From a virus (taxonomy: Duplodnaviria; Heunggongvirae; Uroviricota; Caudoviricetes), in IMG/VR virus record IMGVR_UViG_2850808358_000002: a stretch of DNA of 18,998 nucleotides; one strand, written 5' to 3'. Below, one piece after another: positions 1 through 7,880 of the stretch. The notes under the pieces are model-generated. The model was not told the DNA's origin and ran no database searches. It saw only the letters and a program-made list of their open reading frames with translations. Every line of letters starts with the position of its first letter. Positions within the stretch are counted from its first letter, which is position 1. A program made the position numbers and the translations under genes.

Positions 1-1245
1 CTACGATAACCGCGCATTCAACATGGCTATCTGTTCGTCGTTCATGTCATCAATCCACATACCGTAAATTTCATACACCATTTGCGCAGTTTCATGCCCC
101 ATCTGGCTGGCTATAAATGCCGGGTTCGCTCCTGCCGTCAACAGCCAGCAGGCAAAAGTATGTCGCGTATGGTACGGATTACGGCGGCGAATACCAGCAC
201 GTTTTACTGCTGCATTCCATCTTGCACCCAAACTGCTTACCGAGTAATAAGGTTTCTGTTTTTCGTTACACACCCTGGGCATGAAAACAAAATGCAGTTT
301 TTGCTTTTCAGTTCTGCCGTACTCCCGATGATAAAAAGTGATTTCGCTTTTGCGATGATGCCCGGTCAGTTTGTATTGCTCCTTCAGTGCTTCAAGAGCC
401 GGCTGCAGTAATGTTACCGTCCGGATCCCGGCATTTGTTTTTGGGGGACCGAACATATCAAGTATCGTCAGGTTTCTTCTGACATTCACAATTCCCTTCT
501 CGAAATCCACATCCTCCCACGCCAGAGCTGCCAGTTCCCCGTGACGAAGCCCGGAGTAAACGGCAAATTTCCACAAGTTTTGGCTCTGTCCTTTTTCACT
601 TTCCATTAATGCATTGAATTCTGTTTTAGATAACGGGTCAGGCTTTATTCTGTTTCGCTGTAATTTTTTTACTCCTTCAAATGGTTTGGTTGATATAAAT
701 CCCGACTGATACGCAAAACGTAACAACGAACAGAGCAGGGCGATATAGTTATCAACTGTGCGCACGGTTCTTCCTTTTTTGTTGGATCTTGGATTATCTA
801 GGTAAAGCGTTTCTCCATGCAGCAGTTCATTCCGGTAGTTGAAGATATCGCTATAACGAATATGCGATATCGGGGTACTCTCACAAATTATTATCCTGAG
901 TGTTTTTAATTGTGATTTCGTTTTCTTCATTGTGTTTGTTGTTAACTCTGTCTCTTTAATTTTTGTCCAGATATCACAAAGCTCCCCGAATGTTTTTATG
1001 ACCCTCGTTGTCACCATTTTTGCCCCAGTGCTGGACTGGGGCAAACGTCTTAAATACTCAAATTCACCGGAACTGATTTCATGAACTATCAACGCTCTTA
1101 AATTCCCGGCCTTTTTAATGTTACTGTTAGTAATCTCCCAGCCTTTCAATGTTTCCCGACATCGTTTTCCTCGAAACATGAACCAGATGCGAATGTTGAG
1201 GTAGCCTGAGTTTAACGGACACTCCTTCCTGAAATAGAATGGCAT
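1..1245 (-). CDS. int: Phage tyrosine integrase, 5' end interrupted by IS600 (ORF as drawn starts at an ATG inside the IS600 left end)
   Basis: 414-codon minus-strand ORF ending with TAG at 3..1. C-terminal region has the tyrosine-recombinase pattern (NPYHTRHTFACWLL ... MVYEIYGMW). Native sequence stops at 1196; the first 16 codons (MPFYFRKECPLNSGYL) are encoded by the IS600 end. First native Met is at 1179..1177. Confidence 0.8.
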   Translation of the reverse strand: MPFYFRKECPLNSGYLNIRIWFMFRGKRCRETLKGWEITNSNIKKAGNLRALIVHEISSGEFEYLRRLPQSSTGAKMVTTRVIKTFGELCDIWTKIKETELTTNTMKKTKSQLKTLRIIICESTPISHIRYSDIFNYRNELLHGETLYLDNPRSNKKGRTVRTVDNYIALLCSLLRFAYQSGFISTKPFEGVKKLQRNRIKPDPLSKTEFNALMESEKGQSQNLWKFAVYSGLRHGELAALAWEDVDFEKGIVNVRRNLTILDMFGPPKTNAGIRTVTLLQPALEALKEQYKLTGHHRKSEITFYHREYGRTEKQKLHFVFMPRVCNEKQKPYYSVSSLGARWNAAVKRAGIRRRNPYHTRHTFACWLLTAGANPAFIASQMGHETAQMVYEIYGMWIDDMNDEQIAMLNARLS

Positions 1246-1260
1246 CAGAAGGAGCTAATA

Positions 1261-1563
1261 ATGAGCAGAAAAACCCAACGTTACTCTAAAGAGTTCAAAG
1301 CCGAAGCTGTCAGAACGGTTCTTGAAAATCAACTTTCGATCAGTGAAGGCGCTTCCCGATTATCCCTTCCTGAAGGCACTTTAGGACAATGGGTTACCGC
1401 CGCCAGAAAAGGGCTCGGTACTCCTGGTTCCCGCACGGTGGCTGAACTGGAATCTGAAATTCTGCAACTGCGTAAGGCGTTAAATGAAGCTCGCCTTGAG
1501 CGAGATATATTAAAAAAAGCAACAGCGTATTTTGCACAGGAGTCGCTGAAAAATACGCGTTAA
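1261..1563 (+). CDS. IS600 OrfA (helix-turn-helix transposase subunit)
   Basis: 100-aa ORF with ribosome-binding site GGAGC 7 nt upstream; IS3-family OrfA architecture ending at the A7 slippery site. Confidence 0.9.
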   Translation: MSRKTQRYSKEFKAEAVRTVLENQLSISEGASRLSLPEGTLGQWVTAARKGLGTPGSRTVAELESEILQLRKALNEARLERDILKKATAYFAQESLKNTR

Positions 1564-1598
1564 TCGAACAATGGCGACAACAATTTCCCATTGAAGCG

Positions 1599-2417
1599 AT
1601 GTGTCAGGTATTTGGTGTATCCAGGAGCGGTTATTACAACTGGGTACAGCATGAACCCTCAGACAGAAAACAAAGTGATGAGCGGCTAAAACTGGAGATT
1701 AAGGTGGCACATATCCGCACTCGCGAAACATATGGAACCCGGCGGCTCCAGACGGAGCTGGCAGAGAATGGCATCATCGTTGGTCGTGACCGACTGGCAC
1801 GTCTTCGTAAGGAGCTAAGGCTACGCTGTAAGCAGAAACGCAAGTTCAGAGCGACTACGAACCCGAACCACAATCTGCCAGTTGCGCCAAATCTGCTGAA
1901 CCAGACGTTCGCTCCTACAGCACCAAATCAGGTCTGGGTGGCGGACCTGACGTATGTTGCCACACAGGAGGGATGGTTGTACCTCGCTGGCATCAAAGAT
2001 GTTTATACGTGCGAAATTGTCGGCTACGCCATGGGAGAGCGCATGACAAAAGAGCTGACAGGTAAAGCCCTGTTTATGGCGCTCAGGAGCCAGCGCCCAC
2101 CTGCCGGGCTAATCCACCACTCTGATCGAGGTTCACAGTACTGCGCATACGATTACCGGGTCATACAGGAGCAGTTTGGTCTGAAAACATCAATGTCGCG
2201 TAAAGGTAACTGTTACGACAACGCTCCGATGGAAAGCTTCTGGGGAACGCTGAAAAATGAGAGCCTGAGCCACTATCGTTTTAATAACCGGGATGAAGCC
2301 ATCTCAGTAATACGGGAATACATTGAGATTTTCTACAATCGTCAGCGTCGTCACTCTCGTCTGGGGAATATCTCCCCGGCAGCCTTCAGGGAAAAATATC
2401 ATCAGATGGCTGCTTAA
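1599..2417 (+). CDS. IS600 OrfB (DDE catalytic domain; normally made as OrfAB by -1 frameshift)
   Basis: 272-aa ORF in the -1 frame relative to orfA; DDE-type integrase core typical of IS3-family OrfB (…HSDRGSQY…, …[12 protein letters not shown]…). Confidence 0.9.
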   Translation: MCQVFGVSRSGYYNWVQHEPSDRKQSDERLKLEIKVAHIRTRETYGTRRLQTELAENGIIVGRDRLARLRKELRLRCKQKRKFRATTNPNHNLPVAPNLLNQTFAPTAPNQVWVADLTYVATQEGWLYLAGIKDVYTCEIVGYAMGERMTKELTGKALFMALRSQRPPAGLIHHSDRGSQYCAYDYRVIQEQFGLKTSMSRKGNCYDNAPMESFWGTLKNESLSHYRFNNRDEAISVIREYIEIFYNRQRRHSRLGNISPAAFREKYHQMAA

Positions 2418-2457
2418 AAAAAGAACAAATGGTAGTGTCCGCTATTGCCAGTACACC

Positions 2458-2583
2458 TCACACAGTGAATGGGGTTTCTTTATTTTCTGTCTTAATCACG
2501 TAGCCAATACGCTTTCCTTCCAGATTAACCTCGTGAACAATGTCATCAGTAGTTACAACAGTGGCTTCATAACTGGTAATCAT
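2458..2583 (-). CDS. Small hypothetical protein (41 aa as found); stop codon supplied by the IS600 terminus, possibly 3'-truncated
   Basis: ATG at 2583..2581 preceded by AAGGAG 6 nt upstream; translation MITSYEATVVTTDDIVHEVNLEGKRIGYVIKTENKETPFTV, then TGA from the IS600 end sequence (2460..2458). Confidence 0.35.
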   Translation of the reverse strand: MITSYEATVVTTDDIVHEVNLEGKRIGYVIKTENKETPFTV

Positions 2584-2667
2584 GTTTTTCTCCTTAATTA
2601 AGGTTGAGCGAACCCCTGCCATTGCTGGCATATAAGAATGAAACCGGATATTTATTACGGAACTGTT

Positions 2668-2853
2668 TTAAAGACCTGCCGGGATTTCGTCATGGTGAAT
2701 AACTTTATCGACCGGATAACAGTCACCGGGAATTTTCTGTTTCGCTGCGGCAGTCATACATTCTTTCATTGAGCTGTATACGCCAGTAACCATGTCAACC
2801 GGTTCACCGGAAACAAGAAAAACCGTCAGAACGAGTGCAAATACTGTATTCAT
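2668..2853 (-). CDS. Small hypothetical protein with N-terminal hydrophobic segment (61 aa, two Cys)
   Basis: ATG at 2853 with AGGA 7 nt upstream; MNTVFALVLTVFLVSG... hydrophobic N-terminus then a polar tail with Cys at two positions. Start overlaps the upstream ORF stop (ATGA). AT-rich. Confidence 0.5.
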   Translation of the reverse strand: MNTVFALVLTVFLVSGEPVDMVTGVYSSMKECMTAAAKQKIPGDCYPVDKVIHHDEIPAGL

Positions 2854-3038
2854 TGTGCACATCCTTTTGGCATCAGACGTAAACGAGCCAGCATTGAAAC
2901 AATGCATATTTTATTTAATAGCTCCCGTTCGTGTTTTCTCTTGTTAATGGCATCTTCAGTAAATACAGGGTTACTGATAGTGACACCAATTTCAAAACAA
3001 CCTTCAGACGTATTAACGTTTGGTAATAACGTCTCCAT
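2850..3038 (-). CDS. Small hypothetical protein (62 aa)
   Basis: ATG at 3038 with GAGGA about 10 nt upstream; stop overlaps the next start (ATGA), suggesting translational coupling. No recognisable family. Confidence 0.45.
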   Translation of the reverse strand: METLLPNVNTSEGCFEIGVTISNPVFTEDAINKRKHERELLNKICIVSMLARLRLMPKGCAQ

Positions 3039-3048
3039 TATTGCGTCC

Positions 3049-3600
3049 TCAACAATGAATTTTGAGTAATTGTTCCACAGTCATATTTTTAATTGCGCCC
3101 CGGTTAACAAGAGTCCATCCCTGTTTTTCCAGATAAAACCGGAAAGTCTCCAGGGTACAGACCAGTGCGCCATCAGGAACGGTTTCGGTGAATTCGACAT
3201 TGCCGAATTTGTCGAAGTGAACAACCAGAGTGCGACCATCACCCGGAATCATCTTGTCAGCAGGTGGGGGGTTATTCTGGCGCAGTTCGGCCTCCATGCG
3301 GTCGAACTCAGCAATGTAGGCTTCTTTGAATGCAGCGGCTTTTTTGCCAGTGAATCCCATAACCAGGAAAACGAAGCCGTTTTTGGTGATTTGGTACATT
3401 GGGAGTTTGCGCCCGGTTGAGTCGGTGTATTCGCTCGCCTCAAAATTGAGGGCAGTAAATTTATCTGAGCATTCAATATTTGCGATGGCACGTAACACAT
3501 TGTCGTGTCGTTTGTGGAAGAACTCTGCAACCGCAACAGACGTAGTGACAGCGCGACCGTTTTCTACGGTTACACAAGGGTGAGAAAGGGTAGTAGCCAT
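3049..3600 (-). CDS. Rha-family phage regulatory protein
   Basis: N-terminal region VTVENGRAVTTSVAVAEFFHKRHDNVLRAI... matches the Rha domain pattern. Start chosen at ATG 3600..3598 (GGAGG about 10 nt upstream) so that the domain sits near the N-terminus; the six-frame ORF extends to GTG at 3696. Confidence 0.7.
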   Translation of the reverse strand: MATTLSHPCVTVENGRAVTTSVAVAEFFHKRHDNVLRAIANIECSDKFTALNFEASEYTDSTGRKLPMYQITKNGFVFLVMGFTGKKAAAFKEAYIAEFDRMEAELRQNNPPPADKMIPGDGRTLVVHFDKFGNVEFTETVPDGALVCTLETFRFYLEKQGWTLVNRGAIKNMTVEQLLKIHC

Positions 3601-3692
3601 GATGGCAGCCTCCGCGATGAATTTGATTAACTCACCACCGGAGGTAGCAATCTCATGGGTGGTGAGACGTACAGGGTTGCTACAACCGGTCA

Positions 3693-3893
3693 TCACGGAA
3701 CCCGGCCAGTCTTGCGACTGCCCGCACGCCCCACCATAATTTGAATGTGGCTGTGCATTACGTATAAAAAAACCGCCTGAGCGCGGTTATGCGCCGTGAA
3801 TGACTTCGGGGTAGCAATCCCGGCACCCGTTTTATGAGGTGCAGGTGCACTATAATTCCACCCGTTCTGGTTTTCAATAGCTACATTCAACAT
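3693..3893 (-). CDS. Hypothetical 66-aa ORF (doubtful)
   Basis: ATG with AGGAAAG upstream, but the ORF contains a terminator-like hairpin plus U-run (3766..3788); may be non-coding leader instead. Confidence 0.2.
   Translation of the reverse strand: MLNVAIENQNGWNYSAPAPHKTGAGIATPKSFTAHNRAQAVFLYVMHSHIQIMVGRAGSRKTGRVP
3766..3788 (-). terminator. Candidate intrinsic terminator (minus strand)
   Basis: On the minus strand AACCGC-gctcag-GCGGTT (6-bp stem, 6-nt loop) followed by a run of 7 T. Confidence 0.3.
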
Positions 3894-4056
3894 TTTCTCT
3901 TTCCTTTCATCACCGAAGTGAACTTTGTTGATGCGGTGCCTGGTGCCTCCAGGTGACGTTAACCAGTTAACAATTAACGCCGGAATAAGGGATTTTCCTT
4001 ACTGTTTTAACTGTTCCGCGTGCGCTGAGCCGCATTCACCGCATCACAAAATTCAC

Positions 4057-4100
4057 TTTAAAAAGGGCGGACATCAGCCAGCAATTAAACCGATGCCGCC
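4057..4100 (-). terminator. Candidate intrinsic terminator (minus strand)
   Basis: On the minus strand GGCGGCATC ... GATGTCCGCC (about 9 bp stem with one bulge, 16-nt loop) followed by CTTTTTAAA; lies about 30 nt downstream of a 35-codon minus-strand ORF tail (4127..4236) that runs out of the IS600 end. Confidence 0.3.
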
Positions 4101-4236
4101 AACTGGTACTTCACACAGCAATGTCGTTATTTACAACCGGAGGCGCACTCCCACCATTTAAATTTAACAGACAAGACCGACTCTTTATGGATACCGGAAA
4201 TGCGCCTTCGTGTTGTGCCCGGTTTTATTTCACCAC

Positions 4237-5501
4237 TGAGGTGTACTGGCAATAGCGGACACTACCATTTGTTCTTTTTTTAAGCAGCCATCTGATGATA
4301 TTTTTCCCTGAAGGCTGCCGGGGAGATATTCCCCAGACGAGAGTGACGACGCTGACGATTGTAGAAAATCTCAATGTATTCCCGTATTACTGAGATGGCT
4401 TCATCCCGGTTATTAAAACGATAGTGGCTCAGGCTCTCATTTTTCAGCGTTCCCCAGAAGCTTTCCATCGGAGCGTTGTCGTAACAGTTACCTTTACACG
4501 ACATTGATGTTTTCAGACCAAACTGCTCCTGTATGACCCGGTAATCGTATGCGCAGTACTGTGAACCTCGATCAGAGTGGTGGATTAGCCCGGCAGGTGG
4601 GCGCTGGCTCCTGAGCGCCATAAACAGGGCTTTACCTGTCAGCTCTTTTGTCATGCGCTCTCCCATGGCGTAGCCGACAATTTCGCACGTATAAACATCT
4701 TTGATGCCAGCGAGGTACAACCATCCCTCCTGTGTGGCAACATACGTCAGGTCCGCCACCCAGACCTGATTTGGTGCTGTAGGAGCGAACGTCTGGTTCA
4801 GCAGATTTGGCGCAACTGGCAGATTGTGGTTCGGGTTCGTAGTCGCTCTGAACTTGCGTTTCTGCTTACAGCGTAGCCTTAGCTCCTTACGAAGACGTGC
4901 CAGTCGGTCACGACCAACGATGATGCCATTCTCTGCCAGCTCCGTCTGGAGCCGCCGGGTTCCATATGTTTCGCGAGTGCGGATATGTGCCACCTTAATC
5001 TCCAGTTTTAGCCGCTCATCACTTTGTTTTCTGTCTGAGGGTTCATGCTGTACCCAGTTGTAATAACCGCTCCTGGATACACCAAATACCTGACACATAG
5101 CTTCAATGGGAAATTGTTGTCGCCATTGTTCGATTAACGCGTATTTTTCAGCGACTCCTGTGCAAAATACGCTGTTGCTTTTTTTTAATATATCTCGCTC
5201 AAGGCGAGCTTCATTTAACGCCTTACGCAGTTGCAGAATTTCAGATTCCAGTTCAGCCACCGTGCGGGAACCAGGAGTACCGAGCCCTTTTCTGGCGGCG
5301 GTAACCCATTGTCCTAAAGTGCCTTCAGGAAGGGATAATCGGGAAGCGCCTTCACTGATCGAAAGTTGATTTTCAAGAACCGTTCTGACAGCTTCGGCTT
5401 TGAACTCTTTAGAGTAACGTTGGGTTTTTCTGCTCATTATTAGCTCCTTCTGATGCCATTCTATTTCAGGAAGGAGTGTCCGTTAAACTCAGGCTACCTC
5501 A
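4237..5501 (-). mobile_element. IS600 copy 2 (inverted), 1265 bp, with orfA-orfB fused
   Basis: Same terminal sequences as copy 1 in reverse complement. Slippery run is 8 nt here (T8 on plus strand, 5179..5186) versus 7 in copies 1 and 3. Confidence 0.85.
4280..5437 (-). CDS. IS600 OrfAB fusion transposase (single 385-aa ORF)
   Basis: Continuous ORF: ...[41 protein letters not shown]..., exactly the product expected from the -1 frameshift of copy 1. Also carries R-to-C in ...SMSCKGNCYDN. Confidence 0.85.
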   Translation of the reverse strand: MSRKTQRYSKEFKAEAVRTVLENQLSISEGASRLSLPEGTLGQWVTAARKGLGTPGSRTVAELESEILQLRKALNEARLERDILKKSNSVFCTGVAEKYALIEQWRQQFPIEAMCQVFGVSRSGYYNWVQHEPSDRKQSDERLKLEIKVAHIRTRETYGTRRLQTELAENGIIVGRDRLARLRKELRLRCKQKRKFRATTNPNHNLPVAPNLLNQTFAPTAPNQVWVADLTYVATQEGWLYLAGIKDVYTCEIVGYAMGERMTKELTGKALFMALRSQRPPAGLIHHSDRGSQYCAYDYRVIQEQFGLKTSMSCKGNCYDNAPMESFWGTLKNESLSHYRFNNRDEAISVIREYIEIFYNRQRRHSRLGNISPAAFREKYHQMAA

Positions 5502-5532
5502 CTTACGCTACGTACTTCTCGGGGCGCTTACG
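5502..5532 (+). repeat. 31-bp copy of the IS66-family right terminus, orphan (abuts IS600 copy 2)
   Basis: CTTACGCTACGTACTTCTCGGGGCGCTTACG is identical to 9765..9795, which lies just after the IS66-family transposase stop. Reverse complement begins GTAAGCG, as I recall IS66-family inverted repeats do. Confidence 0.5.
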
Positions 5533-5735
5533 GTTTTGCCATGATTATGCTTCCTGTGATTTACTGTTATCGCTGCCTGTCACAATAGGTTGCTTTAATT
5601 CTTCCTCATCACTCACTCCTGCCACGCTCCGTGGCAGGCCCCCCACAGGAGTACCTTGTAAATGTAAGGTGTTTAAGCCTAAATTAAGTCGTATCACGGT
5701 TAAATAGCAAAGAAAAATTCACAGAAGGAAAGACA

Positions 5736-6247
5736 TTGATGGAGTGGATAAATGCTTTGATGAACTATTTTGTACTTCATCCATATCGCCTATGGGGGCT
5801 TCTTTTTATAATAGCGTTCACAAAATCCACTTTACTCATTTCGGCGATATTGCCACCAGCATCAATTATGATGGCCACTATAATTACAGTCAGCAAGACG
5901 ACTCTTTCACCATGGGAAGCTGGAATCACGGTCATGAGTGGCGCATGGTGCGGTACTATCGTTAATTACCATCTTGGTATAATAATTGGGCATATCCTCA
6001 ACTTGCATGTATAATATCGAGTCGTTCCAATACAATAGAACGGGTTCGCCTTCAGTTGCAAAATAACTCTGTGTCAATACTTTTCACTTCGCGCTTTATC
6101 GCCGTGCTGCGTTATATTGCTCCTTTGGTGGCAGGAATGTTGCAACTTCATCCAGTGAAAGTGTATACAGTGAGTCTGATTTCAGCTGCTAGCTGGTCAG
6201 CACTTTATGTTGGTAGTTTTAGCTTCGTGTTGCCTTTTTTTAGCTAA
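5736..6247 (+). pseudogene. DedA/YqaA-like small membrane protein gene, apparently frameshifted
   Basis: Two ORFs in different frames (5736..6014 and 6056..6247) whose translations resemble the two halves of YqaA/DedA-type proteins (...SPWEAGITVMSGAWCGTIVNYHLG... and ...FTSRFIAVLRYIAPLVAGMLQL...); the second frame is open from 5987. AT-rich region. Confidence 0.4.
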
Positions 6248-6335
6248 ACTGCCCATAAAAAGCTCTTGCGAATCCAGCTTCCCCCATTCCTCTGACAACA
6301 GAATCTGATTTGAAGGATAATGAGTAAAATTACCG

Positions 6336-7361
6336 CCCCGTTACTTTATTCGTACCCCTTATAATGGGGTGTTAGCCAGCCAGACCCGGCATGATTACTG
6401 CCCCCAGTCGTCCATGATCCGGGGGGGGATGTCACCGGGTCTGGTGGGGCGCTGGTAACCGCTAATAGGGGTCAGGTCAGGCACTTTTGCCGGGACCGTC
6501 TGTAACGTGGATGCCGGTACCTGCTCCCCGTGGTTATCTGGTTAACCCATATACAAGGGAGACAGAATGACCGAATCCAGCGATTACGAATCCGTCCAGG
6601 TCTTTATCGGCGTTGATGTCGGTAAAGATACGCATCACGCTGTTGCCATTAATCGTTCAGGTAAACGCCTGTTCGATAAAGCATTACCCAACGACGAAAA
6701 CAAACTCAGGTCGCTAATATCTGACCTGAAACAACATGGTCAGATACTGCTGGTTGTTGATCAGCCAGCTACCATCGGTGCGTTACCTGTCGCCGTTGCC
6801 CGCTCAGAAGGAGTCCTTGTCGGATACCTCCCTGGACTGGCCATGCGCCGCATAGCCGACTTACACGCCGGTGAAGCTAAAACTGATGCTCGTGACGCTG
6901 CCATCATTGCCGAAGCTGCCCGTACCCTGCCTCACGCGCTACGCACGCTGAAACTGGCTGACGAGCAAATCGCCGAACTCTCCATGCTCTGCGGCTTCGA
7001 TGATGATCTTGCCGCACAGACAACGCAGGCCAGCAACCGTATCCGCGGCCTTCTGACCCAGATACATCCGGCACTGGAGCGCGTTCTCGGTCCGAGACTT
7101 GAGTACCCGGCGGTACTCGATCTTCTCCAGCGATATCCCTCACCAGAAAAACTCGCTTCGCTGGGTGAGAAGAAGCTGGCAGCCCAGCTCTGCAAACTTG
7201 CGCCTCGTCTGGGTAAACGCCTTGCAGCAGACATTGCTCAGGCACTGGCCGAACAAACCGTCGTCGTTCCCGGCACGAATGCCGCTGCCGTAGTACTGCC
7301 ACGTCTGGCACTCCAGCTCATCACGCTGCGTAAGCAAAGAGACGAGGTGGCGCTTGAAGTT
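6336..7361 (+). mobile_element. IS110-family element copy 1, 3'-truncated
   Basis: Left end and 5' non-coding region match the reverse complement of 15123..15348; transposase frame matches the full copy up to about 7358, then diverges. Confidence 0.7.
6340..6566 (+). ncRNA. 5' non-coding region of IS110-family element; candidate bridge RNA locus
   Basis: About 227 nt between the element left end (GTTACTTTATTCG...) and the transposase ATG, GC-rich with several inverted-repeat stretches. IS110-family elements are reported to encode a structured guide RNA here. No structure or covariation was computed. Confidence 0.35.
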
Positions 7362-7385
7362 GCATGTATGGTAATGCGGCCATAA
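6567..7385 (+). pseudogene. IS110-family transposase, C-terminally truncated
   Basis: First 266 aa match the 398-aa copy at 13926..15122; ends ...EVALEV then unrelated ACMVMRP and stop. Confidence 0.75.
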
Positions 7386-7542
7386 TTGCCCCGTATGATG
7401 CTGCCCGGTTGCTTAGAATAAGCACAAACAGCATGGAAACTTTTGCTTAATGAACAATGACAGAATCGTCGGAAGACCTGAGGTAGCCTGAGTTTAACGG
7501 ACACTCCTTCCTGAAATAGAATGGCATCAGAAGGAGCTAATA

Positions 7543-7845
7543 ATGAGCAGAAAAACCCAACGTTACTCTAAAGAGTTCAAAGCCGAAGCTGTCAGAACGG
7601 TTCCTGAAAATCAACTTTCGATCAGTGAAGGCGCTTCCCGATTATCCCTTCCTGAAGGCACTTTAGGACAATGGGTTACCGCCGCCAGAAAAGGGCTCGG
7701 TACTCCTGGTTCCCGCACGGTGGCTGAACTGGAATCTGAAATTCTGCGACTGCGTAAGGCGTTAAATGAAGCTCGCCTTGAGCGAGATATATTAAAAAAA
7801 GCAACAGCGTATTTTGCACAGGAGTCGCTGAAAAATACGCGTTAA
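7543..7845 (+). CDS. IS600 OrfA
   Basis: 100 aa, near-identical to 1261..1563. Confidence 0.9.
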   Translation: MSRKTQRYSKEFKAEAVRTVPENQLSISEGASRLSLPEGTLGQWVTAARKGLGTPGSRTVAELESEILRLRKALNEARLERDILKKATAYFAQESLKNTR

Positions 7846-7880
7846 TCGAACAATGGCGACAACAATTTCCCATTGAAGCG

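Larger units (their letters stand above)
1197..2460 (+). mobile_element. IS600 (IS3 family) copy 1, 1264 bp
   Basis: Ends TGAGGTAGCCTGAGTTTAACGGACAC... and ...GTGTCCGCTATTGCCAGTACACCTCA form imperfect terminal inverted repeats. Contains orfA and overlapping orfB in the -1 frame with an A7 slippery run at 1512..1518. Same unit recurs at 4237..5501 and 7479..8741. Name IS600 is from memory of the OrfA sequence MSRKTQRYSKEFKAEAV. Confidence 0.85.

Noticed and set aside
82-411. 109-aa plus-strand ORF inside the integrase gene
   Set aside because: Antisense to a well-supported integrase ORF, no ribosome-binding site, no recognisable protein features.
1394-1873. Minus-strand ORFs (65 and 79 aa) inside IS600, repeated in every copy
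   Set aside because: Antisense to the transposase genes; they recur only because the IS is repeated.
2461-2583. Idea that the 41-aa peptide is the missing N-terminus of the integrase
   Set aside because: Joining 2461 to 1196 after removing the IS does not keep the integrase frame, and the peptide does not resemble integrase arm-binding N-termini.
3925-4161. 78-aa plus-strand ORF in the region between Rha and IS600 copy 2
   Set aside because: Pro/His/Cys-rich, low-complexity translation with no start signal; overlaps the terminator-like hairpin.
5453-5707. 84-aa ORF starting MPFYFRKECPLNSGYL
   Set aside because: The start is the outward-facing ATG inside the IS600 left end reading into flanking DNA; same artefact as the integrase N-terminus.
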